Assembly: GCF_001194135.2 (NCBI RefSeq)
Contig: NC_068987.1
Coordinates: 99,057,830-99,121,829 of the forward strand
Source of the DNA: Octopus bimaculoides
Lineage: Eukaryota
Reading direction: 5' to 3'
Length of the DNA stretch: 64,000 nt
Position 1 is the first letter of the stretch. Each line of letters begins with the position of its first letter. Under the pieces are notes generated by a model that was given only the letters and a program-made list of their open reading frames with translations, made no database searches and had not been told where the DNA came from. The position numbers and the translations under genes were made by a program. Shown here piece after piece: positions 13,730-25,370 of the stretch.

Positions 13730-14428
13730 TTGCAACGTTTACAATAATTTCTCCTAGGTTTTCAGTGAAATATTTATTTATTTATTAATAATATATTCAA
13801 TAAAATAGATTATTCTAAAGAGTAACATACCAGGATTTGATCTTAGTACTCAAGAAAACCTTCATATTCATTGTCTAAACTCTGTTTCTGTGAGGTTTTA
13901 ACGCCTTTTATCCGTAATTCAGTTAAATATTCTGTTCTGATCTAATAAATTGAATTGCCCCACCCCAATTTTACAGATCATCGCCTTATAAGCGGAGTAA
14001 GATATACGAAGAGATTATAGTTTATGTACAATAATCAAAAGTGCGTATAAACATCTGATTGGGCACATGGTATATCGTTTAACAAGAACGTGTGAATCTA
14101 CCTTTCTGTCTGTCCTTATATGTGTGTGCGTGTGTGCGTGTGTGTGTGTGTGCGTGTGCATGTGGGCGTGTGTGCGTGTGTATGTACATTACATACACAC
14201 ACGCACACACACACATACACGCACATATATATGGACAAGGGAAGGGAGGCAAGGAGAGTGATGCCGTATGAGCAAATGGGCGAGTAGTTTGTTACGCACG
14301 TTCGTAAACACCATATCTCGGGTTACAACTTACTGCGGTAGATCACGGCTATGAGTCTTTTGCCACAATCAGAAGCTGTCTCAAAAATTCACAGTGAGTC
14401 CGGTTTGGCAGAAGCTGTTTGGGGCATA

Positions 14429-14667
14429 GGCGGCGAGCTGGCAGAAACGTTAGCACGCCGGGCGAAATGCTTAGCGGTATTATTTCGTCTGCTGCTATGT
14501 TGTGAGCTCAAATTCCGCCGAGGTCGACTTTACCTTTCATCCTTTCGGGGTCGATAAATTAAGTACCAGTTACGCACTGGGGTCGATGTAATCGACTTAA
14601 TTCCTTATTCTATCCATGTTTGTTCCCTCTATGTTTAGCCCGCCTGTGGGCAATGAAGAAATAAGAA
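14429..14667 (+). mobile_element. SINE family A, full-length, tail type 1
   Basis: A-box-like TGGCAGAAACGTTAG, B-box-like GAGCTCAAATTCC, core GCCGAGGTCGACTTTACCTTTCATCCTTTCGGGGTCGATAAATTAAGTACCAG, tail ...CTGTGGGCAATGAAGAAATAAGAA. Confidence 0.88.
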
Positions 14668-14886
14668 TCTGTTTGGACCACAATACTCGGGTGCGTCACA
14701 TGCAGATTTCAAAGTTTTAATCAATGGAACATGTAAGTACTCATCGGCGAAACAGCGATGAAATAAGTTCGTGTGTCTATTTATGTAGATAGCTGTGAGT
14801 GTGTGTGTGTGTGTGTGTGTGTCTATGTGTTTGCATATATAGACATACGTGCAAATATATATAATATATAGACATACATACATACG

Positions 14887-14922
<36 letters not shown>

Positions 14923-15352
14923 TATATANNNNNNNNNNNNNNNNNNNNNNNNNNNNNNNNNNNNNNNNNNNNNNNNNNNNNNNNNNNNNNNNNNNNNNNN
15001 NNNNNNNNNNNNNNNNNNNNNNNNNNNNNNNNNNNNNNNNNNNNNNNNNNNNNNNNNNNNNNNNNNNNNNNNNNNNNNNNNNNNNNNNNNNNNNNNNNNN
15101 NNNNNNNNNNNNNNNNNNNNNNNNNNNNNNNNNNNNNNNNNNNNNNNNNNNNNNNNNNNNNNNNNNNNNNNNNNNNNNNNNNNNNNNNNNNNNNNNNNNN
15201 NNNNNNNNNNNNNNNNNNNNNNNNNNNNNNNNNNNNNNNNNNNNNNNNNNNNNNNNNNNNNNNNNNNNNNNNNNNNNNNNNNNNNNNNNNNNNNNNNNNN
15301 NNNNNNNNNNNNNNNNNNNNNNNNNNNNNNNNNNNNNNNNNNNNNNNNNNNN

Positions 15353-15388
<36 letters not shown>

Positions 15389-16080
15389 CACACCAAATAT
15401 ATTTATACATATATATATATATATATACCTAAAGACATACATACATGCATACATACATACACACACATATACATATATACATGTGTTATGTGTGCGTGTG
15501 TCTGTTTAGGAGTGCTGTGACTTCAATTGTTATCAGCAGTTTATTTTGCAGATCGCTGCACAACATTTTGATTCACGTGACGTAATGTAAGAAGGTCAGA
15601 AGATATATTCGCTTCATGAAAAATATATATCTTAAGAACGGTCTTTGAGATTGTTGGAGCATGATGCTTGTGAAAAGAGATAGTTTTGCCGTCTTCAGAA
15701 GATAAGTATCAAGTCAAAGAAAATGAATGAACGTTAACATAGGAATTGGAAAGACAACAAAACAACGTAAAGGGGAAAATGGCAAAGAAAATGGTGTGGG
15801 GAGACAAGAGGATGATGGCGAAAGATTATAAAAGTCGCAGTGGATTATGGGTAATGAGTGTTTTATTTTATCAAGCTGCCTCGTGGAAGAGGGTGGGAGA
15901 GGGGAGTAGATTTCATTTTAGACAGAAAGACAAAGTGAGTGTAGGGATGTTAAAGTGAATGAGAGTGGTTGATAGTGAGAGAAAGAAGGGGAATTATATG
16001 AGTGAGGAAGTGGAAGAAAGTTAGATATGGAGAGGTCTACACTTTTAATCTAAAGAGAAAATGATTTATAGAGATTTTAG

Positions 16081-16359
16081 AAGTCGTATATCAAAGGAAG
16101 AACGTTGAAGATGGCTGCATGATTGTCTCTACTCACACACTCATACACACAAATGCGTACACGTTTAGACTTACATCCACTATGCGAGGGCGTGTGTGGC
16201 TGCGTGAATATATGCGCGAGCAAGAGCATGTGAACAGAGTATAGAGAATGAAGGTATGTGATTATATAAGCATGTATATCCAAATCTTAGCGTATAAGGA
16301 CGCTAGCATACATACGTTTGTGTGTCTGTATGTGTTTGTGCCTGTGTGTATTTATGATG

Positions 16360-16406
<47 letters not shown>

Positions 16407-16768
16407 NNNNNNNNNNNNNNNNNNNNNNNNNNNNNNNNNNNNNNNNNNNNNNNNNNNNNNNNNNAAGTCGTATATCAAAGGAAGAACGTTGAAGATGGCT
16501 GCATGATTGTCTCTACTCACACACTCATACACACAAATGCGTACACGTTTAGACTTACATCCACTATGCGAGGGCGTGTGTGGCTGCGTGAATATATGCG
16601 CGAGCAAGAGCATGTGAACAGAGTATAGAGAATGAAGGTATGTGATTATATAAGCATGTATATCCAAATCTTAGCGTATAAGGACGCTAGCATACATACG
16701 TTTGTGTGTCTGTATGTGTTTGTGCCTGTGTGTATTTATGATGTATATATGTATATGTATATATATAT
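16081..16768. repeat. ~300-bp identical direct duplication flanking an N gap (probable assembly artefact)
   Basis: 16081-16406 is repeated at 16465-~16768. The second copy begins exactly at the gap edge. Confidence 0.85.
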
Positions 16769-16990
16769 ACACACATACATAAGTAGAATACATTTGTGTG
16801 TATGTTTATGTATATATATTCACACTCACAGACAGGAAGCACACTGAACGTAATGCTTTTACATGGTGAATGATTATGCTTGTGCGAGAATGTCTTAGTT
16901 GGTTTTGAAGTATTTATGAATGGACGTATACATGGATATGCATAGGAATAATGTGCAGTAACATGGTTACACATTTTAATGCGTAAGCAC

Positions 16991-17047
<57 letters not shown>

Positions 17048-17060
17048 NNNNNNNNNNCAC

Positions 17061-17091
<31 letters not shown>

Positions 17092-17794
17092 CACACCCAC
17101 GCATGTATCATTTTACTATAGTGATGGACAGATTTCGATGTATCCTACACTAACGTTCACTTGTTCATAAGACTGAGGACATATAATATATCGTGTGTGG
17201 ATAGAGGTACATGTTTATATATATATATATGTATGTACAAATACACACACACACACCCGAACACGCACACATAAATACATGCATACACAAGCTGCAAATA
17301 TTCATAACGACACATATATCTATAAGTAAAATTACAATGAACCAATGGAGCAGACGGTTATACGTCGTGTTCGGCGACGAGTATTTCAGCTGCTATTTTT
17401 GAATAAACTTTTTCCACATTTACTTTAGAAGCAGAGACTTGCTCCTCTGATGGAATTCCCAAGGGAAATCAGCATCGCTCTATGTTTCAACCTTTGCTCT
17501 TGGAGCACCACATACAGTGTATATGGAAATGGTCCGCAATTGGAGCTTCGCCAATTTCAGTCACAATTTTTTGGCCAGGCTGACACCGCGGACGGCAGTT
17601 ATCTGAACGAAATATAACGTGGCGTGATCGAAAAAGACACCTGACATAAATGCGCATGCGTACGTGTGCACGAACACACATACACACACACTCACACTTA
17701 TAAACTCACAAACACATGCACAGAAGCATGTCTCTGTCTTTGTGAATGTATGTATATACACAGAGATATTTATGGTATTTAGTATCTATCGATC

Positions 17795-17833
<39 letters not shown>
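17795..17833. repeat. (GATA)n microsatellite
   Basis: Direct reading. Confidence 0.95.
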
Positions 17834-19146
17834 TTATGTATATGCGTTTTATACTCATCTTACTATGAATAAGATTTTATGATGAATTGATGTTTGTGTG
17901 TTGGCATTTGCAAGTTGAAGTGCACCTATAAGTGTAAGAATGTGTCTTTGTACGTTGTGAGTATGCTTACATATGTGTACAGTATGTGTAATTCCTTTAA
18001 AAATATTAAAAAAAAGTAATAGTAACGATAATAATAAAAAGGCAACAATAAAAACTTTAAATTGGAGAAGTAACAGTGTTAAAGTAAAAATAGAAAGAAT
18101 GTAAACAATTTTAGTGTTGCTAGTTCTGTTCGTTTTATAGTTAAGTAGGGGGGGAAAAAAAGAGAAAAATAGTGAAATGAGAAAGTGACAAAGGCGAACG
18201 ACAGAGAAAATATGAGCGGAAGGATAGAAAAAAAATAAATGAAAAGATGTGAGGAAGAAGAAAGGTAAGGGTGGGGGGTGGGGTAAAACTGCGTATACAA
18301 TTCTGCAAAGATCTTGAGAAATGGAAGAGGGTGTGTAAGAGTAGCGAGGAATTGGTACGGGGGAGATGATGGTTTATTTAGTTTCTTAGAAAATGCACTT
18401 CAAAGCATATTTCCTTGCAAATTTATGCAGGCCATCTGATGATAAATATGAGGAAAGAAATATGAAAAAGAACAAACAAGAAAAAGAAAAGCGCCTTCAT
18501 CTCTACGAACACGAATTTATTTGTTTCTACCATCATTGCCACACATGTTCTTACGACAGTAATATACATCACACATTCATGTCCACACATACACACGTTA
18601 ATGGAAACAGACGCTCTCTCTCTCACACAAGCCTACATATANNNNNNNNNNNNNNNNNNNNNNNNNNNNNNNNNNNNNNNNNNNNNNNNNNNNNNNNNNN
18701 NNNNNNNNNNNNNNNNNNNNNNNNNNNNNNNNNNNNNNNNNNNNNNNNNNNNNNNNNNNNNNNNNNNNNNNNNNNNNNNNNNNNNNNNNNNNNNTATATA
18801 TATATATATATGTATATATATACATGCATACACATGCGTGCACACAGAAAACACTAACAAATGCGCATAAATATTACATAAAATCTTATAATACGACTTC
18901 TACTACTACCACAACTACTATTACTTCCATTCCCCTCCACCACAATCTCCTCCTCCTCTACCTACTGACAATAATAATATATTTCCTTTTTAGTAGAACC
19001 CATACTACATATATACATATATATATGTATGTTTGTACGTGTGTATGTATGTATGTATGTATGTATGTATGTATTTATGTATGTATGTATGTATGTATAT
19101 ATCAGTACATACTTGTATCTATTTACATACCAGTATATTTATATGT

Positions 19147-19179
<33 letters not shown>

Positions 19180-19182
19180 TAT

Positions 19183-19185
<3 letters not shown>

Positions 19186-19236
<51 letters not shown>
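19186..19236. repeat. (GA)n microsatellite
   Basis: Direct reading. Confidence 0.95.
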
Positions 19237-19239
<3 letters not shown>

Positions 19240-19639
19240 GGAGGTAGAAAGAGAGAGCGTGAACGAGAAGAGAAAGATGTTGCTAGATTTAAATATATAT
19301 AAGCTGCGTCACTTGGAAAGTGAGTGGGTCACGTACATATACATAACATTGGCGGGTGGGACTGAAGCATAATTCGACATATTTAGAGGTATATTAAAAG
19401 AAAAAAGAAAACAGGACAAGTGCAATTGAATGTAAAGTACATTTACAATGCAAACACATACACAGTCCTCCACACACACATACACAGAACACAATGCCAC
19501 CCACACGTGCACGTATAAAGCATACTAGTAATGCAAATAAGAACAAGTCATCTGCTCTTAGAATTGGCCATCTGGAGTCAATAGTAAACAATGTATAATT
19601 ACCATAGAATATAAAATACTTTTTATTGGAAGCATAAGG

Positions 19640-20045
19640 ACTCGAATTTGGGGGAAGGGATTAAGTCGAGTACATCGACCCAGTGCGTAACTCGTACTTA
19701 TTTAATCGACCCCGAAAGGATGAAAGGCAAAGTCGACATCGACTGAATTTGAGCTCAGAACGTAGCGACGGGTGAAATATCACTAAGCATTTCAACCAGC
19801 GCTCTAACGATTCTTATTTCTTTAATGTCCACAAGAGGCTACACACAGAGAGGACAAACAAGGACAGACTAACGGATTAAGTCGATTATATCGACCCCAG
19901 TGCCTAACTCGTAGTTATTTAATCGACCCCGAAAGGATGAAAGGCAAAGTTGACCTCGGCACAATTTGAACTCAGAACGTAAATACAGACGAAATACTGC
20001 TAAGCATTTCGCCCGGTATGCTAACGATTCTTCCAGCCCTCCGCC
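19640..20045 (-). mobile_element. Head-to-tail dimer of SINE family A (tail type 1 copy then tail type 2 copy)
   Basis: Two copies of ATCGACCCCGAAAGGATGAAAGGCAAAGT (at ~19706 and ~19923), each with head and tail. Confidence 0.85.
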
Positions 20046-20477
20046 TTGGCTGTAAGAATATAAAATATATTCCAAGCTACTTTTTTCCACGCTATGGCAA
20101 GAGGGATGAACGCTCGGTTGTTTTAAAGTATTCTGTTTCCTAAATCATCCGAAAATAATGTAGCAAAACTAAACAAAAGATTTCCCTTACAGTAAAATAT
20201 ATCCATTACACTCAGACAACAGAACAAGGTCACAAAAATTAAAAAAATTAAAATATCAGATAGGAACAATGTTGGAAATTTCGTGAAGTGATTTACCTGA
20301 TTATATATCGTCCTATTTCTTTACTGGTACTTCATTATATTTATCCCCAAAAGATGAAGAAAGACTTGAAATGCTTGAGACTTGAACGCAGTATATACGA
20401 GGTAGGTCAAACCTGAAGAACATTTTGTTAAACACACTCTCGATGCTCCCGCCCACCACGCTGATAATATTATTACG

Positions 20478-20688
20478 TTTTCTACTACAAAGACTGAACT
20501 TTTGTTGAAAAGGGGTCTAGTCGATACCATCGACACCAGTGATCAGCTGGGTCTAATTTTTATTGACTACGAGAGAATGAATGTCAACGTCGACCTCAAC
20601 AAAATTTTTACTCTAAAAATTAGCGGTGGACGAAATGGCGCTACCATTTTTGACCGGTGTACTAACAGTTGTGCCCGGTCGCCGCTTG
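20478..20688 (-). mobile_element. SINE family A, degenerate, tail type 2
   Basis: Recognisable TAGTCGAT..CATCGACACCAGTG and GTCGACCTC blocks, with head remnants ending ...GGTCGCCGC. Confidence 0.65.

Positions 20689-20780
<92 letters not shown>
20689..20780. repeat. Compound (CTA)n(ATA)n microsatellite
   Basis: Direct reading. Confidence 0.97.
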
Positions 20781-20785
<5 letters not shown>

Positions 20786-21235
20786 AATGGAAGGATATTC
20801 TGGGACTAAGCATTTCAGACGGATCATGTAATCGAACAATGTCGGCCGGATATTGTCATATTGAATAAGACAGACAAATGCTGTCATATCATTAATTTAG
20901 CCATACCAAATGAAATGAATGTTGTGAGTAAAGAGGTTGAAAAAATCACCAAGTTCTCCGAATTGAAAGTGGAAATGGCAAGAATGTATGGAATTCGAGA
21001 GGGTTGTGTAAAAGTGATACCAGTAATGATCGGAGCGTTGGACTCAATTCCATTGAAATTTCAAGACTTCGTAAGGCAACTGGGAATCTCATGAACTATT
21101 AATGTTTTGTAAAAAGCAGTCTTATTGGGCACAGCGCACATCTTAAGGAAAGTATTATCTGTCTGGGGTCTATGTTGTGACTTGACAGATTATTAAAAAC
21201 TCCGGTGCATTTTTACCTACACTGTGTTACGAAAG
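20781..21235 (+). mobile_element. 5'-truncated R4/Dong-clade LINE 3' end (restriction-like endonuclease)
   Basis: RIFWD*AFQTDHVIEQCRPDIVIL...INLAIP...EKITKFSELKVEMARMY...VIPVMIGAL...KAVLLGTAHILRKVLS matches the R4/Dong REL domain (ILWDF.IQTD....RRPDIV...DIAVP...EKIEKY..L). Confidence 0.9.
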
Positions 21236-21236
21236 A

Positions 21237-21325
21237 TGAATACTCTTTTACTCTTTTGCCGAACTGCTAAGTTACGGGGACGTAAACACACCAGCATCGG
21301 TTGTCAAGCGATGGTAGGGGAACAA

Positions 21326-21372
<47 letters not shown>

Positions 21373-21535
21373 CATATATACGCCGAGCTTCTTTCAGTTT
21401 CCGTCTACCAAATCCACTCCCAAGGCTTTGGTCGGCCCGAGGTTATAGTAGAAGACACTTGCCCGCAGTGGGACTGAACCCAGAACCATGTGGTTGGTGA
21501 GCAAGCTACTCACCACACAGCCACTCCTGCGGCTA
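21237..21535 (-). mobile_element. SINE family B
   Basis: Near-consensus copy: GCAGGAGTGGCTGTGTGGT head, GGTTCAGTCCC B-box-like motif, GGGCAAGTGTCTTCTACTATA core, internal (CA/TA) tract. Confidence 0.88.
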
Positions 21536-21543
21536 TGGATCTT

Positions 21544-21579
<36 letters not shown>

Positions 21580-22399
21580 TCAACAACAACAACAACAATA
21601 ATAATAATAACTGTATTTATACTTATGTAATATTTCCTCCATATTCTTCATTATGATCTAACTTCTCCTATGAGCATCTGATACGTAAGCTGTAGAATAA
21701 AAATATTTATCGTAAAACAGAAGTAATATTATGTTCTTTTTAAATTCATAATTCTTTCGTCGCATACTTCTTCTATAAGATCTTCCTTCTGCTCTCACTT
21801 TATATCTACCTGTATTTAAATGTAAATATATGTTTCGGAAGTAATCTGCTGTGAAATGTAGGTCACAACAATTCTATTTATAAAATCTTATCCTTCTTCC
21901 CAAACGTCTTTTCAGTTTGTGATTCCATCCATATTTCTTAGTGGAGTATAAAATCTTCTCCCAATGACAGGCCTATACTTGTTCTCAATTCTCCAGAACA
22001 TGACGTTGTTATGCTTACCCTAATCTTCCAGTATGTGTAGGTGTTATCCTTGTCCCTACCCACCGCCACTCCACGTGATGTCAATGTTCTAATATTCCCG
22101 TAAAAAATAAAGAAAAGAATAAAGAAAGGAAAATTTTGATAGCAAAAAAAAAAAAAAATCTCTAATGAAATACAAAGAAGAAAAAAAAACATATTTCATT
22201 AAATGATGTGCAGTCAAAAAATGGTGTGCTCCCCAGAGAGGATCCAGTGTTGGAGCTAAAATTATGACAGTGGAAAATTCTCTGGATGGTTAAAAGGATA
22301 ACATAAACTGTAACCCTGCAATTTTGAATCAGCACCACCTCTACCTCTTCCATCGCCATCACTACCATCAACAACAACACCAACCAAACTGTAACCTAG

Positions 22400-23010
22400 T
22401 ACACTTCACAAAAAATGAATGCGACGAATAACATAAGGAGCACAATATTTGATGTATGCTTCCTACTACTCAATACAAATCACAAAGAAATCCTTTTGCA
22501 TTTGGAGAAATTGAAATGAGAAATAGCTCTAAATTCCTAAAATTTAATAAACTCGCAAATCTAAGATATATAGTAACAAAGCGAAAACATACAAAATAGA
22601 ACTAAGCGAAGCAATGCAACTTGTTCAAGAAGACGTATAAATTTAGAGGATTAAACAAAAAACAAACAAGTGAAATTAGAGAACCTGAAGTGACTATTCA
22701 AAGCTCCATCGCAGTAACTAGAGGAAGAGTTTGAAAATGTGAGGAATTGTAGCCGAAATCAAAGCAAAAATGAAGTATGACAGAAAGGAATGTCAACCAA
22801 CGATAAAATGGTAAATTTATGAAAAAACAAATGCTGAGTATAGAGAAAGAGACTACAATGGAAATTACCAAATTAGTACAAAGATGGTAACAACAATGTC
22901 ACTAAGAAGATTAGCAATAAAAAGCAAGCATAGCTGATGATGATGTGTAACGTTATATTCCAAACACCTTCTCAACACAATTTGGTCAACGCCTTGGTTA
23001 CTGCTCCTCC
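22400..23010 (+). mobile_element. Highly decayed R4/Dong-like LINE segment (pre-RT region)
   Basis: Remnants resembling FWSxIW, HNxNAEW and KISNxKAP motifs, heavily interrupted by stops and frameshifts. Confidence 0.4.
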
Positions 23011-23149
23011 GTCTAAATGTCTGTTTGGCAAATGAAGAAGCAACAGAACGGCACAGCTCAAGAGACGTCGAAGGAAAAAAAAAGGATGGAGAAATGTATT
23101 GATTCTATATGTAAGGAAATACTGATCTTGGAGAAAGTCGGTAAAAACA

Positions 23150-24900
23150 CAACAGTCAAAGAAGAAAGGAACTTTGGTTACACTATTCTCGAACTAACTG
23201 ATTGGGTTCGATTTATATAAATTTTTCTCTTGCTTGGAAAATTGGTTGCTATGTACCTACGTTATGTTATATGTATCATATCAATGATGTTAAATCATCC
23301 AGGCATTGTGTTTCCACAATCCATATGTGGAGAATACTATCAAAAACCTTTTGATATTCAAAGGATCATTCTTTCTCATGACATCCTTAGCTTTGGTTTT
23401 CCTGAATCAATAATTAAACTCAGTTGCCATATGATCCTTTGTAGCAAATCTATTACATTATTGGAGTATTTTTTAAAGGTGTTTACTTGCTCTCTTTGGT
23501 TTTATTGCAGTTCATCTTTTTGAAAGTCGTAAGAGAAGAACTTATGGTAGATTTTATATTTAATTTCTTTACTCTTCAGGAATACTATGCATTCAACTTA
23601 CTTAGCCAGACTGATGTGTTTCGTTTCATCAATATCTAACTATTTTTTTTTTTACATGCACCTTATCTTATTTGTTAAATATTTAACCCAAAAGATGAGA
23701 ATGCTTTCATATCCTGGTACCTTTTCATTATTTGATTTAGCTGTATATGCACAGGATCTCTTCCTGGTGTTTCCTACGATTACTTAAATACTGAATTTGC
23801 AGTTATATGCAATTATTGTGGAATTTTTTCACTGCAATATTGTTTTTCCTCCCTTTGACAATCTTGTATTGGTTTCTATTTTGTTTTTAACACGTTCTTG
23901 ACAGAAGAGTTTTAGATTCGAGTTCTGATGTTTGCTGTGTTTAAATTACATTTGTTGTGGGATTTAGTCAGAAGCTTTTGTTCAAACTGTATTTAATTTC
24001 TACTAATTATTATTTTCTTTATATTTCTCTTGTATTGACCATATCGTTTAGTTGTTAATTTTATTAATCGTGCAGATTTGTTGCTAAATTTATTAAGAAT
24101 TCGAAGATCAATTCCTTAATTTTATATTTTTTGTATATTTTCTGCATGTTTTATTTGGAATGTTCTATTCTTATTTGCGGGGATCTGTAGAATCACAAAT
24201 TTCTGTTGTAATTACAGTTGATTTGGCATATAATATAGCATTGTGATTTGTGATAATGATGCTTCTGAATCTGGTGTAAGTCTGTGATCATCAAGTTTTT
24301 GTTGTAATTAAAATTTTGTTAATGAGATATTTTGCTTCGGAATTATTTTCATGGATCCATACAAAGGTACCTATAATATTTCTGTGGTTTCCAGGTTTAC
24401 ATGTAGGTATCCAGGACTTCGAAATCTATAATATTGTAATATTCTCAAGCACCGTTTTTACTTACATGCATTTTTGCGTTTTTCTAACTCATTTTCTTTT
24501 GTTAATCGTTTGTTGACAGTTGTGTTAAGTTTTGCATTTCTCATACTTCTTATTTAATTTTTTTGAATGCGTCTGAACTATCATCATTTTTTACGTCCTG
24601 AATGTGTTTATTGTTGGTCTAATTTAAATCTTTGTTACTTGCGTTTTAGTAATTTGGTATTTCATCAAATGATCTACTTCAGGTGCTGATGTACTTTACG
24701 TGCTGACAATGGATTTACCTGAGCTCAATAGTCTTTTGTTATCCAACGATACCTTTAATCCCTAGTTATTTTCTGTCCAAATTTTTAAAAAGTGCTACGA
24801 TATGTCTGGAAAAAAGAACGCATGCTTTACATTAAAATTCCGGAGAAAACTAATGAACTAGCAATGAGTCTCAACTATGCACAATAATGAAAAATTATCA
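23150..24900 (-). mobile_element. Decayed R4/Dong-like LINE (N-terminal region to RT)
   Basis: Minus strand gives KSNNEKVPGYESILIFWVKYL (~23745-23680, cf. NWKAPGPDGVQGFWIK) and SFEYQKVFDSILHIWIVE (~23372-23315, cf. WIDYKKAFDSVPHSWI). Confidence 0.7.
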
Positions 24901-25060
24901 ACAAATGTTTCTGGAAATTAATCTAAAGTGTGTGAGAATATGCCATACCCTCTACCATCGTATCATTCTGAAGAAGAAGCTGAGAAAACATTCAACGTTA
25001 CTTCACTAATAGACTTAAAAATACTAATGTTCCCAACTGAATAATCTGAAATATTACTAC

Positions 25061-25370
25061 GACACTCCATGTATTACGACGACGAGTGTTCCAGTTGATC
25101 CAATCAACGGAAAAGCCTGCTCGTAAAATTAACGTGGAAGTGGTTGAGCATTCCACAGACACATGTACCTTTGACGTAGTTCTCGGAGAGATTCAGCGTG
25201 ACAAGATTGGCCCTTTGAAATACAGGCACAACAAAAACAGGAGAAAGAGTGAGAGAAAGTTGTGGTGAAAGAGTACAGCAGGGTTCACCTTCACCGCTTG
25301 CTAGAGCCTCGTGGAATGATCCTACGGCTGCGAGTCCGCTGCCCTAACCACTAGATCGATGCGCCTCCAC
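25061..25370 (-). mobile_element. tRNA-headed SINE family C, internally deleted
   Basis: Reverse complement matches the 42267-42611 copy (GTGGAGGCGCA head; CTCTTTCACCACAACTTTCTCTCACTC; GAGAACTACGT; CTGGAAC.CTCGTCGTCGTAA tail). Confidence 0.85.

Noticed and set aside
14670-14742. Open stretch FGPQYSGASHADFKVLINGT ending at GTAAGT
   Set aside because: No credible acceptor (it abuts the SINE tail) and the peptide is not recognised.
17330-17650. GC-richer unique island with several short open frames
   Set aside because: No domain or repeat family recognised on either strand, and splice signals are inconsistent.
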